64,000 nucleotides of DNA from Tubulanus polymorphus (GCF_964204645.1 NC_134032.1:6560275-6624274), one strand, 5' to 3'; positions 23,614-37,561 are shown, counted from the stretch's first letter. Made by a program: numbers and translations. Notes: generated by a model from the sequence alone, not told the origin.

Positions 23614-25842
23614 ATGTCCGTAAACAAGCGAAACCGCCGGCGCGCGTATACGCGCACGTTACAACACAATAAAAGATATGAACTACAACAAGCCCCTTAT
23701 AACAACTACTCTTCATCAGATGCGGACGATGACCACACCGAGAAATCATTCGTCAATTTGTGCTTATCTTCGTCCAGTAGCGCGGACTTAGCCGCCACTT
23801 ACCGATCGCACCAAGCGCACGCAGCATCGGACACAGAGCCAGGTTCTCGAGCCGGCTGCGATACCAAGCGCGGTGGTACTACGGCCCGATATCGCCAGTC
23901 GACTAGCGGCCAAATCGATGCGTTGGCATTAGAAAATATCGACTGTGCAGCGGTGATGACAAGAAATCATCATCAAAATCGACATCATGGAGATAATGAA
24001 CTATTTGATGAGGAGGATAATGACGATTTCACCGTGAATGCCAGACAGAGCCGTGAACATGTAGGGGACAACAAGGGCTACGACCAACTGTCTGATTGCG
24101 ATGCATTTCCGCGAAACAACAGTTCTGTACAGGGGGTATCGGCGCATCTCAAAAGCCGAAAAAGCATCAGTTTAGACATGGGCTCCACAATGACTAAGTT
24201 GAAACGTTTGCAAATCGAACGTAAGCGTAGCGTCCACGCGGCAGAGTTCACCGGCCATCATCAAAACAACATCGCAGCACCACCGCTGCGTACAGGCGTT
24301 TTCATACGGCACAAAGGTCGCAGGTATCGCATCGTCGGCAAGAACACGGTGACCAGCGAACCGCAGTCATCCGCCGATCTGGACTCAAAATCACCCAGAC
24401 CTCCTGCGCCAACGAGCGTTAACGCTGAACTACTGTACAATTCGAACACAATATTCGATCGACCGGTTCTCCCGGCTATCGGTCGGCCATTTTGTTTACT
24501 GCCGAAAGTAGACGTCTTCTCGCCGACGCCGACTTTATCCGAGGCAATGAACAGCCACAGTCCTATAAGCGAGGGAGTGAATACTAAAGGGTTAATGCCG
24601 GGCGGGTGCTCATCCGGACTAAGCTCGTCGGGCACGCCGTCGCCGCTATCACGTTCGGCGTCTTCGCGATCTGGTTCGGGGAACGGGTCGCCTTTGCCTC
24701 CCTTACGCGGGACTCCGAAGCTCGGACGTCGGAACTTGCTCCCGCCGCTCGGGGGACGGTCGATTTTTCCATCCGATGGGGGGTTAGCGAGCACGGGTAG
24801 TAATAATTCCAGTCCGTGTTTGTCACCGAAGATGACGTGTTTGTCACCGAAGATGACATTCGCCCAGTCGCTGCTGAAATGCCACATGGAAAGCGCCGAT
24901 AAAGTCGATACGGTCACCTACCAATGTTGCAAAGAACAACAGCAACAACAACGTACGAAGACAAGCCCAGTCGATGTCGACATATACGTCGACACAATTT
25001 CCAATATACGTGTACCAGTTACAAAGTCCGAAATCACCGCCGGTTGCAAGCCACCGTCGCCGACGTCCAAACATGTCAGTTCGTCTGTTAGTCCGAAAAC
25101 GAAGAAAGTCGAGAAAGTGAAAAGTCCGAGGATGAGTCCGGGAGGGACGCGACGTCACAAAGGGCAGCAAAAACGACGGGAGTCGGTCGTAGCGCATAAC
25201 ATCAACAAACCGTCAACATCGAAGCGACACAATTCGCGAGCAGATCCATCCGACTGGAAAAACAATAAAAAAGCGCAGAAAAAGCGTTTTTCGATCGCGT
25301 CGAAATCTTCTCTCACTAAAACAGCTTCGTTAGCCAGTACTTCGGACGGCTCGAAAGGTAAATTCTGGCGTCGGAAAACTAGTTTATGCCTGACCGGTAA
25401 TCGCAATAGACCGGGAAGCGACGATTCTGCAGTTACGGGATTCGGAGCTCGGCGACGGACGACGATTACTAATTTGCCGTCGCGGAGCACGACCTGCTCG
25501 AGCAGCAGCGTTAGCGTCGAAGTGGCGCCACCGTCGCCTGGTCACGGCTGCACTGAAGATTACCGAACGTTGCCGAGGATCGTGCCGAAGCTCAATAACG
25601 ATTCGGACGCGACTAAACGGCGGAACCCACATCGCGCTGCAAACCGGGACAAGGATCTGCCCGAGGAGGACATTTCAGATCTGATTGACGAGATAGAATT
25701 GAAAGCTAACACTGATGACAATAGAAGATCCACCCACGGCGCTGGTAAACCGTATCGAGATAAGTACGTTCTGGACGCGACGAGCTCCGAACGCGAGCGA
25801 TCCGCTTGGAAGTTAAGACTATTTTTCGGGGAAGATCGGTGA
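23614..25842 (+). CDS. Uncharacterised 742-aa S/P/R/K-rich, probably disordered protein (one long coding exon)
   Basis: 2.2-kb uninterrupted ORF, GC-rich against an AT-rich background; pyrimidine-rich acceptor ttttttcctag| at 23556 and in-frame stop upstream of the ATG; candidate 5'UTR donor AAAG|GTGAGT at 21697; no TE motifs recognised. Confidence 0.8.
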   Translation: MSVNKRNRRRAYTRTLQHNKRYELQQAPYNNYSSSDADDDHTEKSFVNLCLSSSSSADLAATYRSHQAHAASDTEPGSRAGCDTKRGGTTARYRQSTSGQIDALALENIDCAAVMTRNHHQNRHHGDNELFDEEDNDDFTVNARQSREHVGDNKGYDQLSDCDAFPRNNSSVQGVSAHLKSRKSISLDMGSTMTKLKRLQIERKRSVHAAEFTGHHQNNIAAPPLRTGVFIRHKGRRYRIVGKNTVTSEPQSSADLDSKSPRPPAPTSVNAELLYNSNTIFDRPVLPAIGRPFCLLPKVDVFSPTPTLSEAMNSHSPISEGVNTKGLMPGGCSSGLSSSGTPSPLSRSASSRSGSGNGSPLPPLRGTPKLGRRNLLPPLGGRSIFPSDGGLASTGSNNSSPCLSPKMTCLSPKMTFAQSLLKCHMESADKVDTVTYQCCKEQQQQQRTKTSPVDVDIYVDTISNIRVPVTKSEITAGCKPPSPTSKHVSSSVSPKTKKVEKVKSPRMSPGGTRRHKGQQKRRESVVAHNINKPSTSKRHNSRADPSDWKNNKKAQKKRFSIASKSSLTKTASLASTSDGSKGKFWRRKTSLCLTGNRNRPGSDDSAVTGFGARRRTTITNLPSRSTTCSSSSVSVEVAPPSPGHGCTEDYRTLPRIVPKLNNDSDATKRRNPHRAANRDKDLPEEDISDLIDEIELKANTDDNRRSTHGAGKPYRDKYVLDATSSERERSAWKLRLFFGEDR

Positions 25843-25984
25843 AATAGTATCGCTTTATTGATACTATCAGCCTATCCCCCCTTAGTGCAGGCAGTGCATA
25901 ATGGTCGAGAGTATTATATACCTCGGAAAGCTGCTCTATGACTCATTAAGTTGCAGAAAGTACGTAACAGTGTCGGTAAGATCT

Positions 25985-26455
25985 ATATATACCCCACAAA
26001 GCTGCCATACGCATGTCAGTAAGATCGCCCTACCCCAGAAAGATGCTATAAGACAGTCAGTAAGATGTACCCCAGAAAGCTGCTATAATACTTTGTCAGT
26101 AAGATGTACATACACCCCAGAAAGCTGCTATAATCTATGTCAATAAGCTGTTTACGGTATATACCCCTAAAAGTTGCTTTAAGCCTGTGTCGATTAGTAT
26201 GATGTATACCACAGAAGAAAGCTACAAGACTGTATCAGTAATAAATATTTACCCCAGAAAGCAGATGATAGCTGTTCGTAAAATATACACCCCAGAAAGC
26301 TGCTATGATACTGGATCGACCCCAGAAAGCTGCTAAATACTGGATCAACCTCGGAAAGCTGCTATGATACTGGGTCAACCCCGCAAAGCTGCTATGATAC
26401 TGGGTCAACCCCGCAAAGCTTCTATGAGACCGTGTCAACCCCAGAAAGCTGCTAC
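25985..26455 (+). repeat. Degenerate minisatellite, core ACCCCAGAAAGCTGCTAT
   Basis: About a dozen copies at ~30-45 bp spacing immediately downstream of the 742-aa ORF. Confidence 0.85.
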
Positions 26456-29400
26456 GTATATATTTCTAATCTTAAAATAGGGATCGACCCGTGTTATCTA
26501 TCTAATTGGCAGATTTCGTTTGATTTGGTGCCCAATACGAATCCATCACACCTGCTGAAGGTTATACAGGGGGTTTGATCTCAAATCGGAAATCGAAATA
26601 CATATGTAATCGGCGGTCAAATTTACAGCATTTTTTCGTACCGTGATAGTGAGTAGACGTATACCCCAGATAGCTGATTTAAGACTTTATCCATTAAGAG
26701 AAATGAGGCCTATGAATAGAGTGACTAGAGGATATCTTGTTTTTCGTATCATTTTGGTGTAAGTCACATTATCGGTTGGTGCTGATATCCGAGATCGTCT
26801 TTCTTTACGGATCCACGACACACAGAGGAGAGTTTCCTTTACCCCTCGCACGTCTTCGAAATCTGTTTATAACTGTTGCCTGATCCGTCATTAGTCTAGA
26901 GTACCGCATGCTTCGTTCGATTGAGAAATGACGGTGAAATTGCGGCCACACCGTGGATCGAAAAGCTCTCTTTCAAAATGTACACATGCAAACTTAGATT
27001 TGACGTCAAATTGTAGGAAAAGAGGCTAAAAAGCTCCACCCCAAAATATGCTAGAAGTTCTGAAATTACTTCTCTTGCATCTAATTTTCAAATATTTTCT
27101 GCAAAAGTATTCACAGGACCCGAGGTTAGTGTGGGCACTTTACAAAAAAAGTTCCACTTACAGGAATAGTACCAAATAGCACTAGCCCAATATAGGCTAG
27201 TGATTATACAGCTTGTTGTATATGTACACTATTATGTATAGATTTGAGTAAAACGTTTATGCTGAATAAAGTTGAAATTTCTCATATCATTCCCCCGAGT
27301 GTGGTCACTATTTTTCTTTGTACCGCGTTGTCGTTTCATTTTGGTCAGCGAACAAACAATTACCGTATCAAATATTAGATCTGTACAGGCCATTCTTTAA
27401 CGCGGTCGTTTGCTTTAATTCGTCCCTAAAAGCCTTCGCCTACACAATAAAAGTTGTCGGTCCATCGCTATCACTGTTCGACCGTTCTATAGTCAGTACC
27501 TGGAACTTGCCGTATTCAAAGCGGACCAAATCGGGATCCGCGTTCACACACGCTTATTGCTGAATTAGCTACGCCCGAAAGATGTCGCCATGAGTATTTT
27601 ATCCCCACACGGAACCAATGTTGTCCAGACACGCATATTTAGGGTATGTAGGTAGGTACAATTATGTTTCAAAATTTAGAGCGGACCTGAATCGGTCTTT
27701 AAGATCGGACTTATTCGTATTGTGAATGCTTGGTCCGTTCTAAATTGGAACGGGCCAAATTTAGACCGTTCTAGATAACGTAGCATGATCGTGGTTAATA
27801 TCATAATCAGTTGGTAATTAGCGGTTTCGTTGTTAAGAGTGGTAAGAACCACACACGGAGATGACGTGCTCAGTGTTTGTGCCAAGAATACCAAACTATT
27901 GACAAAATAAAACTCCAAATTCGAATGTCAAATTTTCATGATAGATTAACCCGCCCGATAGAACTAAAAAATGTTATCCGGTCAAAGTGCTGTATTTTTA
28001 CGCATCAAAGTTAAATATTGTACCTGTAAAAAATTTCATATCTTAATATTCTAGTCAAAATTTCATATTTTACTTCATGCGTAGTCAAAACTCCATATTT
28101 CATTCGGCAAAGTTCCATATTTTACCCGTCAAAATTTCATAACATCAAAAATTCCTATTTAAAATCGCTTTCGATAAAGAGTGCAATGGAACCACTTTCG
28201 AACGAACTTCAGGCCACCAGAAATAACGGATAGTTATATAGTATGAATATGTACACATCAAGATCCCATTCATGGTTCATGTAGTAGTAAGGCTGGGATG
28301 ATAAGTTTCACTTAAGCACTTATTGATGCACTTTTAAGCACATAAGAGATTAATAACTGTATGGAAATGTTGTTGAGGAAAAGGATATTTTGAAACCATG
28401 GTAACAAATTAATGTTATACAAACTTACTCACCATGGTTTCAAAATACTTCCGCTTCGTAGGGCCCTTCTAAGTTGATACCTCATATCTCATCTTATCGC
28501 GAAACCGCCCGCGTCACTCCCGATAGCTAACATAAAAAAAATAATAAAGTCCTAAACCCACATCCGATTGATTACGGTCGTCTCCTTCTATATAAGATAT
28601 AAACACCTCATGCGCGCGTGATGGAGCATCGTACAATCACCTTTTCCTGCAAGTAAAATGTGTATCAGTACTGCGTTTATTGAACATTTTAATTCTTCTC
28701 TAATGTACTGAAGCTCGGCCAAATAATCGAGTAGAACAGATTATCAGTAAGTTGTGTTCTTTTGTCCTAAAAAACCAGGCAATCACTAAAGAAAATGATG
28801 ATAATTGATAGACAACATGACGTTTATCTTTTGTACAATTTCATGTACATTTTTTTTTATCTTAAAACAGTACATTTATATAATATAACTTAATTTATGT
28901 TAAAAATAATCATTATTTTCGCCAAAACCTAGTCAGAATCAGTCACGAACCAAATTAATCAACGAAAAAACACTGGTATTTAAAAACTCAACACTTAAAT
29001 TTATTTTAGAAATTTTCAATAATAATACAAAGATCTTTGCTTTGAGGATTGCACTGGTTGTAAGACACAGGAAATACAGGATGCTAGGCTAGCATTTTCG
29101 CGGGTGCCTTTAGAAATCTCGAAATGGTTGCTCGTATACGGACGGATACCGTTTTCGGGACGGTTACACACGGATACGGACAGATACAGTTATTCAGCTT
29201 TTCGAAGCGGTTATCACTATAATACGGACGGAATATCGTTTGTGATTACTAAGTAGAATCGCGAATTCATCACTATGAACAGCACCGCCATTTTGATTCC
29301 GCAGACACGCGAACGAACGGAAACCACCGTCTTTGGGGGGGGGGGGGCGGTGGGTAGGTTGACGTCCAACCTGATTCGGATCTCCCAGGGGCAGCAGCAG

Positions 29401-30479
29401 GACACGGTCGACAGAACACAGAGCGGATATTTTCGGCTGGCAGTTGGGCTACGTCAAAAATTTATTCATCTTACTCACGCGGACATCTACCGGTGCTGGT
29501 ATATGGTTAAATATTACATCATAGGTTTCTTATCCAAACTTTGGAATTTGCGGAGAAAATAACACAGTTGTAAAAATTTCAACGAAACGCCATTATTCAA
29601 CTTTTTTACACAGACGAGAAAAATCTAAACCATAAATCAATGTATGAATCAAGTTATCAATTCATTGGACTTCTTGATTTCTATATAGAATTATTCCTTT
29701 TTTTAATGTTTTAATGTTTGATTATGCTTTGATTTATGAGCTCTGAAATATCTACCTCCGCAAAAACAATTAATTTTTTTCCATAAGGATTAGATTTACA
29801 TTAGATTCAGCTCATTATATTATGTAATTCGCATTGAATTGCAATATCTTTAAAAAAGATTTATCAATTTCACTTTTTAATTCCCATTGACTTGTAGCAA
29901 CATTAGAAGATTTATTTTTTTCTAAATAACATTGAATCGCTATTATCAACTTTTTCTTGATCTAAATCACATTGAATGAGGACTCTGTGCCACCAGCTAT
30001 CCCGCCTGATGGCGAGCGTGTCAGTGCGACAACCCTGTCAGAATCTAGTTCATTTTCAATGAACTTTCATCTAGATCTTTAGCCTCCCTCATCAGAAACC
30101 CAGGATCAAGAAATTAGGCAAATAACTCCTCTTGATAAACTCCGATGATCTTTAGGTTCATATGTGAGGTGGATTTTACTGATCATCATTCACAGAATTT
30201 GAGAAATTAAGGATAGGTTTTAATCGAATGTGAGAAGAAATCCGGTAGTTGTTGTCTGAATGCACACTATCGACACCTGGTGGATCCTCGCTTGCCACAG
30301 GTGTAATTGCCACAGTTGAACGTAGAGTGCTCATTGCAATATTTGATGTATTCTCATCGTAAATAAGTTGTTTGTCAACAAAATTAATATGATTTAATAG
30401 TCGTTCTTCAGTTCTTAGACATAACAAATCATTATAGTTTGAAAGGGTAATACGAAATTTTGACACTATGAAATCCCTG

Positions 30480-31668
30480 TAAGCCCGTAGCCGGGGGGGG
30501 GGGGGGATTCGTCCGTTCGAGCGAATACCCCTTTTTAGAAAGTGCCCTTCAGGAATTTGGTAATTTTTAGCCTACATAAGTAACAGGTTCAGAGGCACAA
30601 CTTGAAGACACTCAGTCCGTTGTTTATAATGTATACCGAAATACATGTGGCTGACACTAATGTATATTTCAGCCTGACTTGAGAGCATACAGGGTGGCCT
30701 AGCCCAGTCAGTTTTGGTGGCACATACCTGATAAAAGTCTTATTAGGACCAGAATGCATTGGCAGTCGACCTTAATCATCATTTTCTAATCCATTTGAAA
30801 CTGTATTGTAGGATATCCAAAAAATCTGCATTGAGAGGGGTTCCTGATAGAAAAGAGACTCCATGATTTGAAAGTTTAACAATATGTCTCCATGCCTGCG
30901 AGCAGAAATTTGATACGTAGGCATGGAAACATATTGTTAAACTTTCAAATCATGGTATCACTTCTCTTCATTTAACCCCTTTCAGTGAAGACTTTTTGGA
31001 TATCCTTCAATACAGTTTCAAATGGATTAAAAAATGATGATATAGGTCGACTGCGTGTCCTTTCTGGTCCTATTAAGACCGTTATCAGGTATGTACTACC
31101 AAAAATTAGCGAGCTAGGCCACCCGGAATGCTCTAAAGTCAGATTGAAATAGACATTAGGCCCACACACAGTAATAGAATTGAATAAAAACATATATCTT
31201 ATTTTTTTCATATATCTTTGATAAAATTTTCATCGTTGTATTCTTTTTAATTACATTTCACTGATTCTATAGATGTCTTTTTAATGAAAATTGCTCCAGT
31301 ATATTACGAATTTAAATTAAAAAACCATAATTTTCAAATTTACCACCAGTCACCTCGTGTGTGTGAGCGAAGCAGTGCCTAATAACGTCGGCGAAATAAC
31401 TACCCGTGATGTTCATTGGGGCAGGATAGGTTAACCTGCTTGGCCCTCATGCACATACATTACATTGTATAGATACAAAAGTTATGACGAACATAGTCGA
31501 GGGAAAACACCGAAGACGAATGTAGTAAGCAAACATTTTAAATTGAACTATACATAAATTAGTGGTGATTAAATTTCATTCTTTCATTTCAAATGATTAA
31601 ACTGAAATTCATTTGTTGTGTTTTTATAAGTTAAGAAAGCCCCATTCAAAATCCTGGCTTCGGGCTTG
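30480..31668. mobile_element. hAT-like MITE containing a long internal palindrome
   Basis: TIR AAGCCCGTAGCC/GGCTTCGGGCTT; 5-bp flanks ccctg/ccatg. Confidence 0.6.
30646..31168. repeat. Long imperfect palindrome (~250-bp arms, short loop)
   Basis: Arms align in reverse complement throughout, centred near 30905. Confidence 0.9.
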
Positions 31669-33037
31669 CCATGATCCTGATGGAAGCAGCCATCGTCCTG
31701 TCACGGGAGTGCTTCGTTGAATAATGCGTTTTAGTTTGCAATAGACGTAGACTGGCGCAGTGAGTTTTATTATCATGACGGTAGTGTTGTTCCTTTATTA
31801 ACCTGCCTTATCCTATAAAGCTTTGTATCTCATTTTTATTAGTTCTACCACCCTCGGGATATCCAAAACCGACGAGCCGATATGGTGTTCTCTATACCAA
31901 AGAAAGTTATCATACCTAGTTTCAAGCTCACATTCAGGACAATTGGACGAATATAGCTGCAGCAGAGGATAGATATGCTCCTACGTTTTAGACACTCACC
32001 GAGACAACACGCTCCAACAACGCGGAGTTTAAAACTAGAGCGGATGCTTTCCTACATGAACAAACACTTGTTTCTGGCGGTTTGGGTGGAGGCTCTCTTA
32101 CTTGTGTATCATCGATCCCTTGTATCCTTAGTGCTTTTTCCTTTTCATCCTTTGGGAGTTTTGCAGCATCATTCAAGTATTTGATTTCTGCGTTCTCTGG
32201 CTCTTGGAAGACATTCAAGTTCTTCTGGATCGTTAATTTGAACGTTACTCTTTATTTTCCTCAAATTCAACGGACAATATGAACCGTATCACCATTGATA
32301 ACCGGCGAGGCCGTTTTAGATTGTTAATGAAATCGATTGTTGAAAGTTGGTAGAGTCGTTTCACCATATGTGGGGGGCATCAGTCATCTTCAGCGACATT
32401 CTAGTCTTTTATGCCATTGGCAATTTTTCACATTATATGTATTATGATTATTCATTTTCAATTCTCCAAAGGATTCTCCAAGCTTTTTGATGTTGAATTT
32501 TATTTCGTCGTGTATGTTTTCGCATGGTTTACTAATATTTACATTTGTTCAATAATGTTCAATATTTTGTGTGATTTTTCTTATTTGCCATTATCGATGT
32601 TCATATTAGTCTTGTTTCTCCTCACCTCTGGTTATTTTGTATGATATTTCATGGTCACCGTTGTATTAGTTTCCCTCTTTTGTATACGTTTAACGTTGTA
32701 TTTTCTGTGATCTGTGTTACACTTTTAGCTGTATGGTATTTATTTTTTCCCCAATTTTTGTTCTTGTAATCTATTTCATTTTGCATTTATCACGCTTACT
32801 ACACTGTGTGATTCTACTATATTGTGTTGTCTTCTATTGTATGATTTGCATTTTACATTTAGTTCAATTTTCTTTTCCTTTCCCCCAAAACTTAATATTT
32901 TTTCTCTTCCTAATTGATTTTTTAATTGCCAAAGTTCGGGTCGAACTCTTAGTAAGGCGGAGCTTTATGTTAGGCCTGAGCGGAGCACAGATGAACGGGT
33001 TCAGCCCGGACAAAGCCTTAACAGTGGTCATGGGTTC

Positions 33038-33234
<197 letters not shown>

Positions 33235-34505
33235 TAATAAACTACGCTTTTATATAAATATACCAATTACTGTCTCTCGTAGCTTCGTGTTCACGTATTA
33301 AAGTCCCTGTATGAACCTTTGTCATCGATTCCTTTTGGAGTTTTGTCAAAAAGACAGTTTTTTCTTCCTATCTTAGTTTGTGCGGCTCGTCGTTTAGAGA
33401 TCCATGCCTTGTCAGCCCAACTGGGTCATATTATTTTTGCGGCGGACGGCTTGTCTGTGATCCTGTGTCCGGTCAGGTTCGTCAGTGGGAGATAGAGCGT
33501 CTGACACAAGGGTATAGCGTACCTTACCAGACAGAAATGTATGTCCAGCGCAAGCTATGAAATGCTATCTCAGCCGTTTTGAGGCCAAAATCCAAGGCCC
33601 CAAAATCAATTTTCAAGACCAAAGTTCCTGACCTGAATTCAAGGCTTTTCACGGCCTTGAATTTCCTTTTGAGAATTCAAGGCTATTCAGGGAATTCGAC
33701 CCTATCCAGTTCAAAAGTTCATTGAAAATGAACTAATTTTCACTAAGTAAAACTGAGTGTATTGTAAAGCAATCTGGTGTGTGCCGATACCTCATTGAAA
33801 CATTATAAGATGCTCATGAAAATATCACAAAAAAGAAACGTTTTAGAAAAAACAACCATATCGTGTGTATTAAGAGAAACAACATTTTACATCGAGTATG
33901 AAACAAATATATTATATGAATTGAGGTCGTCTTTTTGAATGATTCAAAAAATACTGAACATAACAAAAATGAAAAAAGTGAAAAAATAAACAAAAACTTT
34001 AAATAATTACTATGTATTTTACTGATCACTTGAAGGGGCGGATCTAGGATGATAAGAAAATGGGGTCAAAAAGATAAAAAGGACACTTCTAGGATAAATC
34101 AGCCACACCCAATGCCACAATCGGCATAAGCCATGTTTGAGGAAATAGATCTAACAAAGATGCGATTTGCCACTGAGAGGTTCAGTGTAAAATTTACAGC
34201 ATGTTTTTATAATCATTGTCTTGATGAAAGGGCGCATAATCAATTATAACGCAGGATGCCATACCCATGAAACTATTGACCAAACCTGCCTTGAAAGGGG
34301 AGGTACTGTATACCCTTGATTATCCTATTATCGAGTTTGGCAAATAACTGCATTCAACCCAATATAAAAAAAAGACAAATAGGTACAAAAGTAAGTTTAC
34401 AGATAACAGAACCACAGTGGGAGTGGCAAACACTTGTCTGCTGCATGCATGCATGGCTACCCCTTCTATTGATATGTGCAGTCGTATTTAAACAAAACAA
34501 AACAT

Positions 34506-35817
34506 ACTAAGGGTCTGAGGACACCACGCCTACTGGGGAAGTAGTTTACAACGCTCAAGAAACAGGATATCTCAATATTCAATGCCTCCTGGTGAACATA
34601 TAAAGAAAGAAATGACCTTAAAACTCACCACACACATAGAAAATGCCACTGGCTACAATTCTGCAATTGATTGTGGTAACAAAATATGCCTAGGTACCAA
34701 AATAATATGAAAATACTAAATTATCCAGCTATTCAATGCCCCCTGGTAACAACATACAAAACCCAATGACCTTGAAACTCACCACAATCATAGAACATAT
34801 CACAGGCTACAATTTTGCCTGGGTACCAATACAATATGAAAATACTAATTTATTCGGCTATTCAACACCCCTGATGACTTGGAATTTGCTCACAATCATA
34901 GAAGATGTGATGAGCTACAATTTTTCAATTGTTTTTGGTAGCAAAGTATGCATAGGTAACAATGAAATATGAAAATAATAAGTTATTTGGCTATTCAATG
35001 CCACCTGGCAACCATATACAAAAAACAATTACCTCAAAACTCAAATACAATCATCAACTTCGCAATTGATTGTGATTATAATATATCCATAGGTACCAAT
35101 ACAAATAGGCCGATTGAATATAATTCAAATTCAACTCCCCCTGGTGGCTAGAACAAAAACCGGTGTAACTCCAATTTTATACGAGGAGATGAATACTGTG
35201 ACAGAGAAATTGTTTATCAAATATTAAGACTCTCGGTCCAAACTTGTCAATACTTCCCTTAAAAAACCTTTTCCTATCTACAAATTAGGACTGATGACAC
35301 TAAGATGGCTGCCAATTGCGTCACGCTTGACTGATCAAAGAATCTATGGTGAAGAGCCCTTTTCAAAATATAAGCATCACAAATTACAATGAATAATGGC
35401 CAACATTTTGAAGCTACAGGTCTGGTAATTCAGGGCACAAAAGAGGTCACACAACGGCCATCTTGTGTCCAATTGACACAGTTTTCTCATGCCAATGCAC
35501 CATGGGGGACACAAATATATGTCAAAGATCGAGATAATTGATAGAAGCGTTTTCAAAATTTCCCTTGGAAAATTCACAAGTGTGTAAAAAGTGCTGATTC
35601 TGGCGAACAACAATGGCTACCGGTCGGCCATCTTGATTCTGATCTGGCCAGTTTAAAGGCAGAAGATGTATCTAGGGCAGACGCATGTACAAACTAAAGA
35701 TCAAGACAATGCATTGAAGTGTCTTCAAAACTTCCCAAAATAACTGCATTCTATCCACGGACAGACAAAAAGTGAATGCAATAGCTGCTGGGACTTAAGT
35801 CACGAGTGGGCTAAAAA
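34506..35817 (-). mobile_element. HINE family H, full-length diverged copy
   Basis: Both termini and tandem units match 18171-19436 in reverse complement. Confidence 0.85.
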
Positions 35818-36409
35818 CAAATAGGGCTACATATAAACTTTTGTTTGAAAAAAAAATCATTGGCGGATAATTGTGGGAATAATCTGCCGAAAAAGCACTT
35901 TCAGAACTAAGATATCATGGTGGATGGCAGAAAGCGATTTTGGCAAATAGAACAAACAACAATAGAGAAATCCGAACACAGACATTTTAAGACGGATAGC
36001 GAGAATGGCGGTGAATTGAAGGCGGATATTGAAGGGTAGACTGTATCCATTTAAGTATTCCAAAAAACAGGGTGATTTCCCGAAAAGAGGACCGGTATCA
36101 AATGTACACCGGGTTTTAATGGTCACTGTCTCGACAAAAAGGGTGGCAACCTCACTGGAAAGTCGGGCAGGAGTCTGCCTCAGCAGTATCCTGAATTATT
36201 ACCGACACCCCTAGATCTGCCCCCGGAATGAAACACTTTTAAAACATGTACCAGCACATGTTTGTATTCGATGTACATGCTAAATAAATTAATAGAACAT
36301 GTGCGTGTATTTATAGCCGTGTATCAATGATGCAATACAATGTTAAATCACCCTTTTCAGCCAAGTTAGGTAGCAGGTGAGACTTTTCACTTGGGTTGTT
36401 CAATGAAAA

Positions 36410-36942
36410 CCGAGCTGCCAACCCCTGAAAATTGTTTCGAGGGACAAAGATCCCCATTTTTCGGGCCAGCCATCAATTTTCAGGGACATCCAAAAATTTC
36501 AGCATTTCAGCTTTTTAACTCAAAAGCAAGCATTTATCGTGTGCCCAGGTGAAGAGAGCTGCTTCATGAATGAATGTTTCTTAAAATTCACAGACAGGAA
36601 ATCTAACTCAATGCGTGGGAAAGTTAAGTACTGACTGCTAGCTCCACAATGATATATCATGCCTAGAGTACTGACTGCTAGCTCTACAATGTTCACTTGC
36701 CATATTAAATCATTCCTGGGTACTGTCTGCTAGCACCACATTGTTCACTTGCCATATTATATCATGCCTAGTACTGACTGCAGTGCGCCAAGAGTCAACT
36801 TTCCATTGAAAACATTGAAATTTTCCATGACAAAAGCGAATTGTTTAATAATCCCTGACATTTTGATGCTTCCTCAGGCAGCAGGACACAACATGAAATT
36901 CCGTGACCGTCCCGCAATTTTGAGGGATGGTTGGCAACTCTG
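36410..36942. mobile_element. hAT-like MITE with 6-bp TSD and internal tandem repeats
   Basis: TIR CCGAGCTGCCAACC/GGTTGGCAACTCTG; TGAAAA on both sides; GTACTGACTGC four times internally. Confidence 0.65.
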
Positions 36943-37561
36943 TGAAAAATAATGGGGGACAGTCGCTCAAAAGTTGTTCAAGTTTACCAGCAGTTAAGTG
37001 ACATAGTAAAAATCACATTCGAACCTTGATATAACGATCTATTGGTTATAACAAACCTAAAATTTCATCTCAAATAGTTATTAATTACCGCTTTAATAAT
37101 TTCTTCCTGGATATAACAAACTTTTCATTGAATATAAAAGACTTTTTGGTGTCCGGAATTTCGTTGTAACGAGGTGTTTGTGTTTACAGAACTAGCAGTT
37201 ATAACAAACATAACAAATAAATTTTCTGGTCTCCTGAAGTTTGTTGTAGTGAGGTTCCGCTGTATATAGAACTATCGCTTATAACAAACAAATGTTCTGG
37301 TTGACTTTGAAAAACTGGTTAAAATTAACCAGTGGATAGTTGACATTGTGACAATTAAAATCCACACTATTGTAATCCAATGACATTCTTTAACCTACCT
37401 TTGAGCAACTGCAGCCCCCTAAATTCTCAAAAGTGATTTAGATCCCGCTATCAGTCATTGACGTAATGATCATCCCAACTACGATGACCTTACTGAGTCT
37501 GTTTATTTTCAGTTCCACATTAGCATTACCCATAGAACTTATTAACGTATTGTCTTTCAGT

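Noticed and set aside
24261-25632. Antisense and alternate-frame ORFs over the 742-aa ORF
   Set aside because: Expected shadow ORFs in GC-rich coding sequence; no independent signals
25985-26455. CRISPR-like appearance of the short repeats
   Set aside because: Units are degenerate, the intervening sequences are related to each other, the context is eukaryotic and there are no cas genes
32350-32397. Possible hammerhead on the minus strand (CTGAAGA...GAAAC)
   Set aside because: No convincing stem II and no UH cleavage site; likewise the CTGAAGATGA hits near 17953 and 19511 lack the GAAA half
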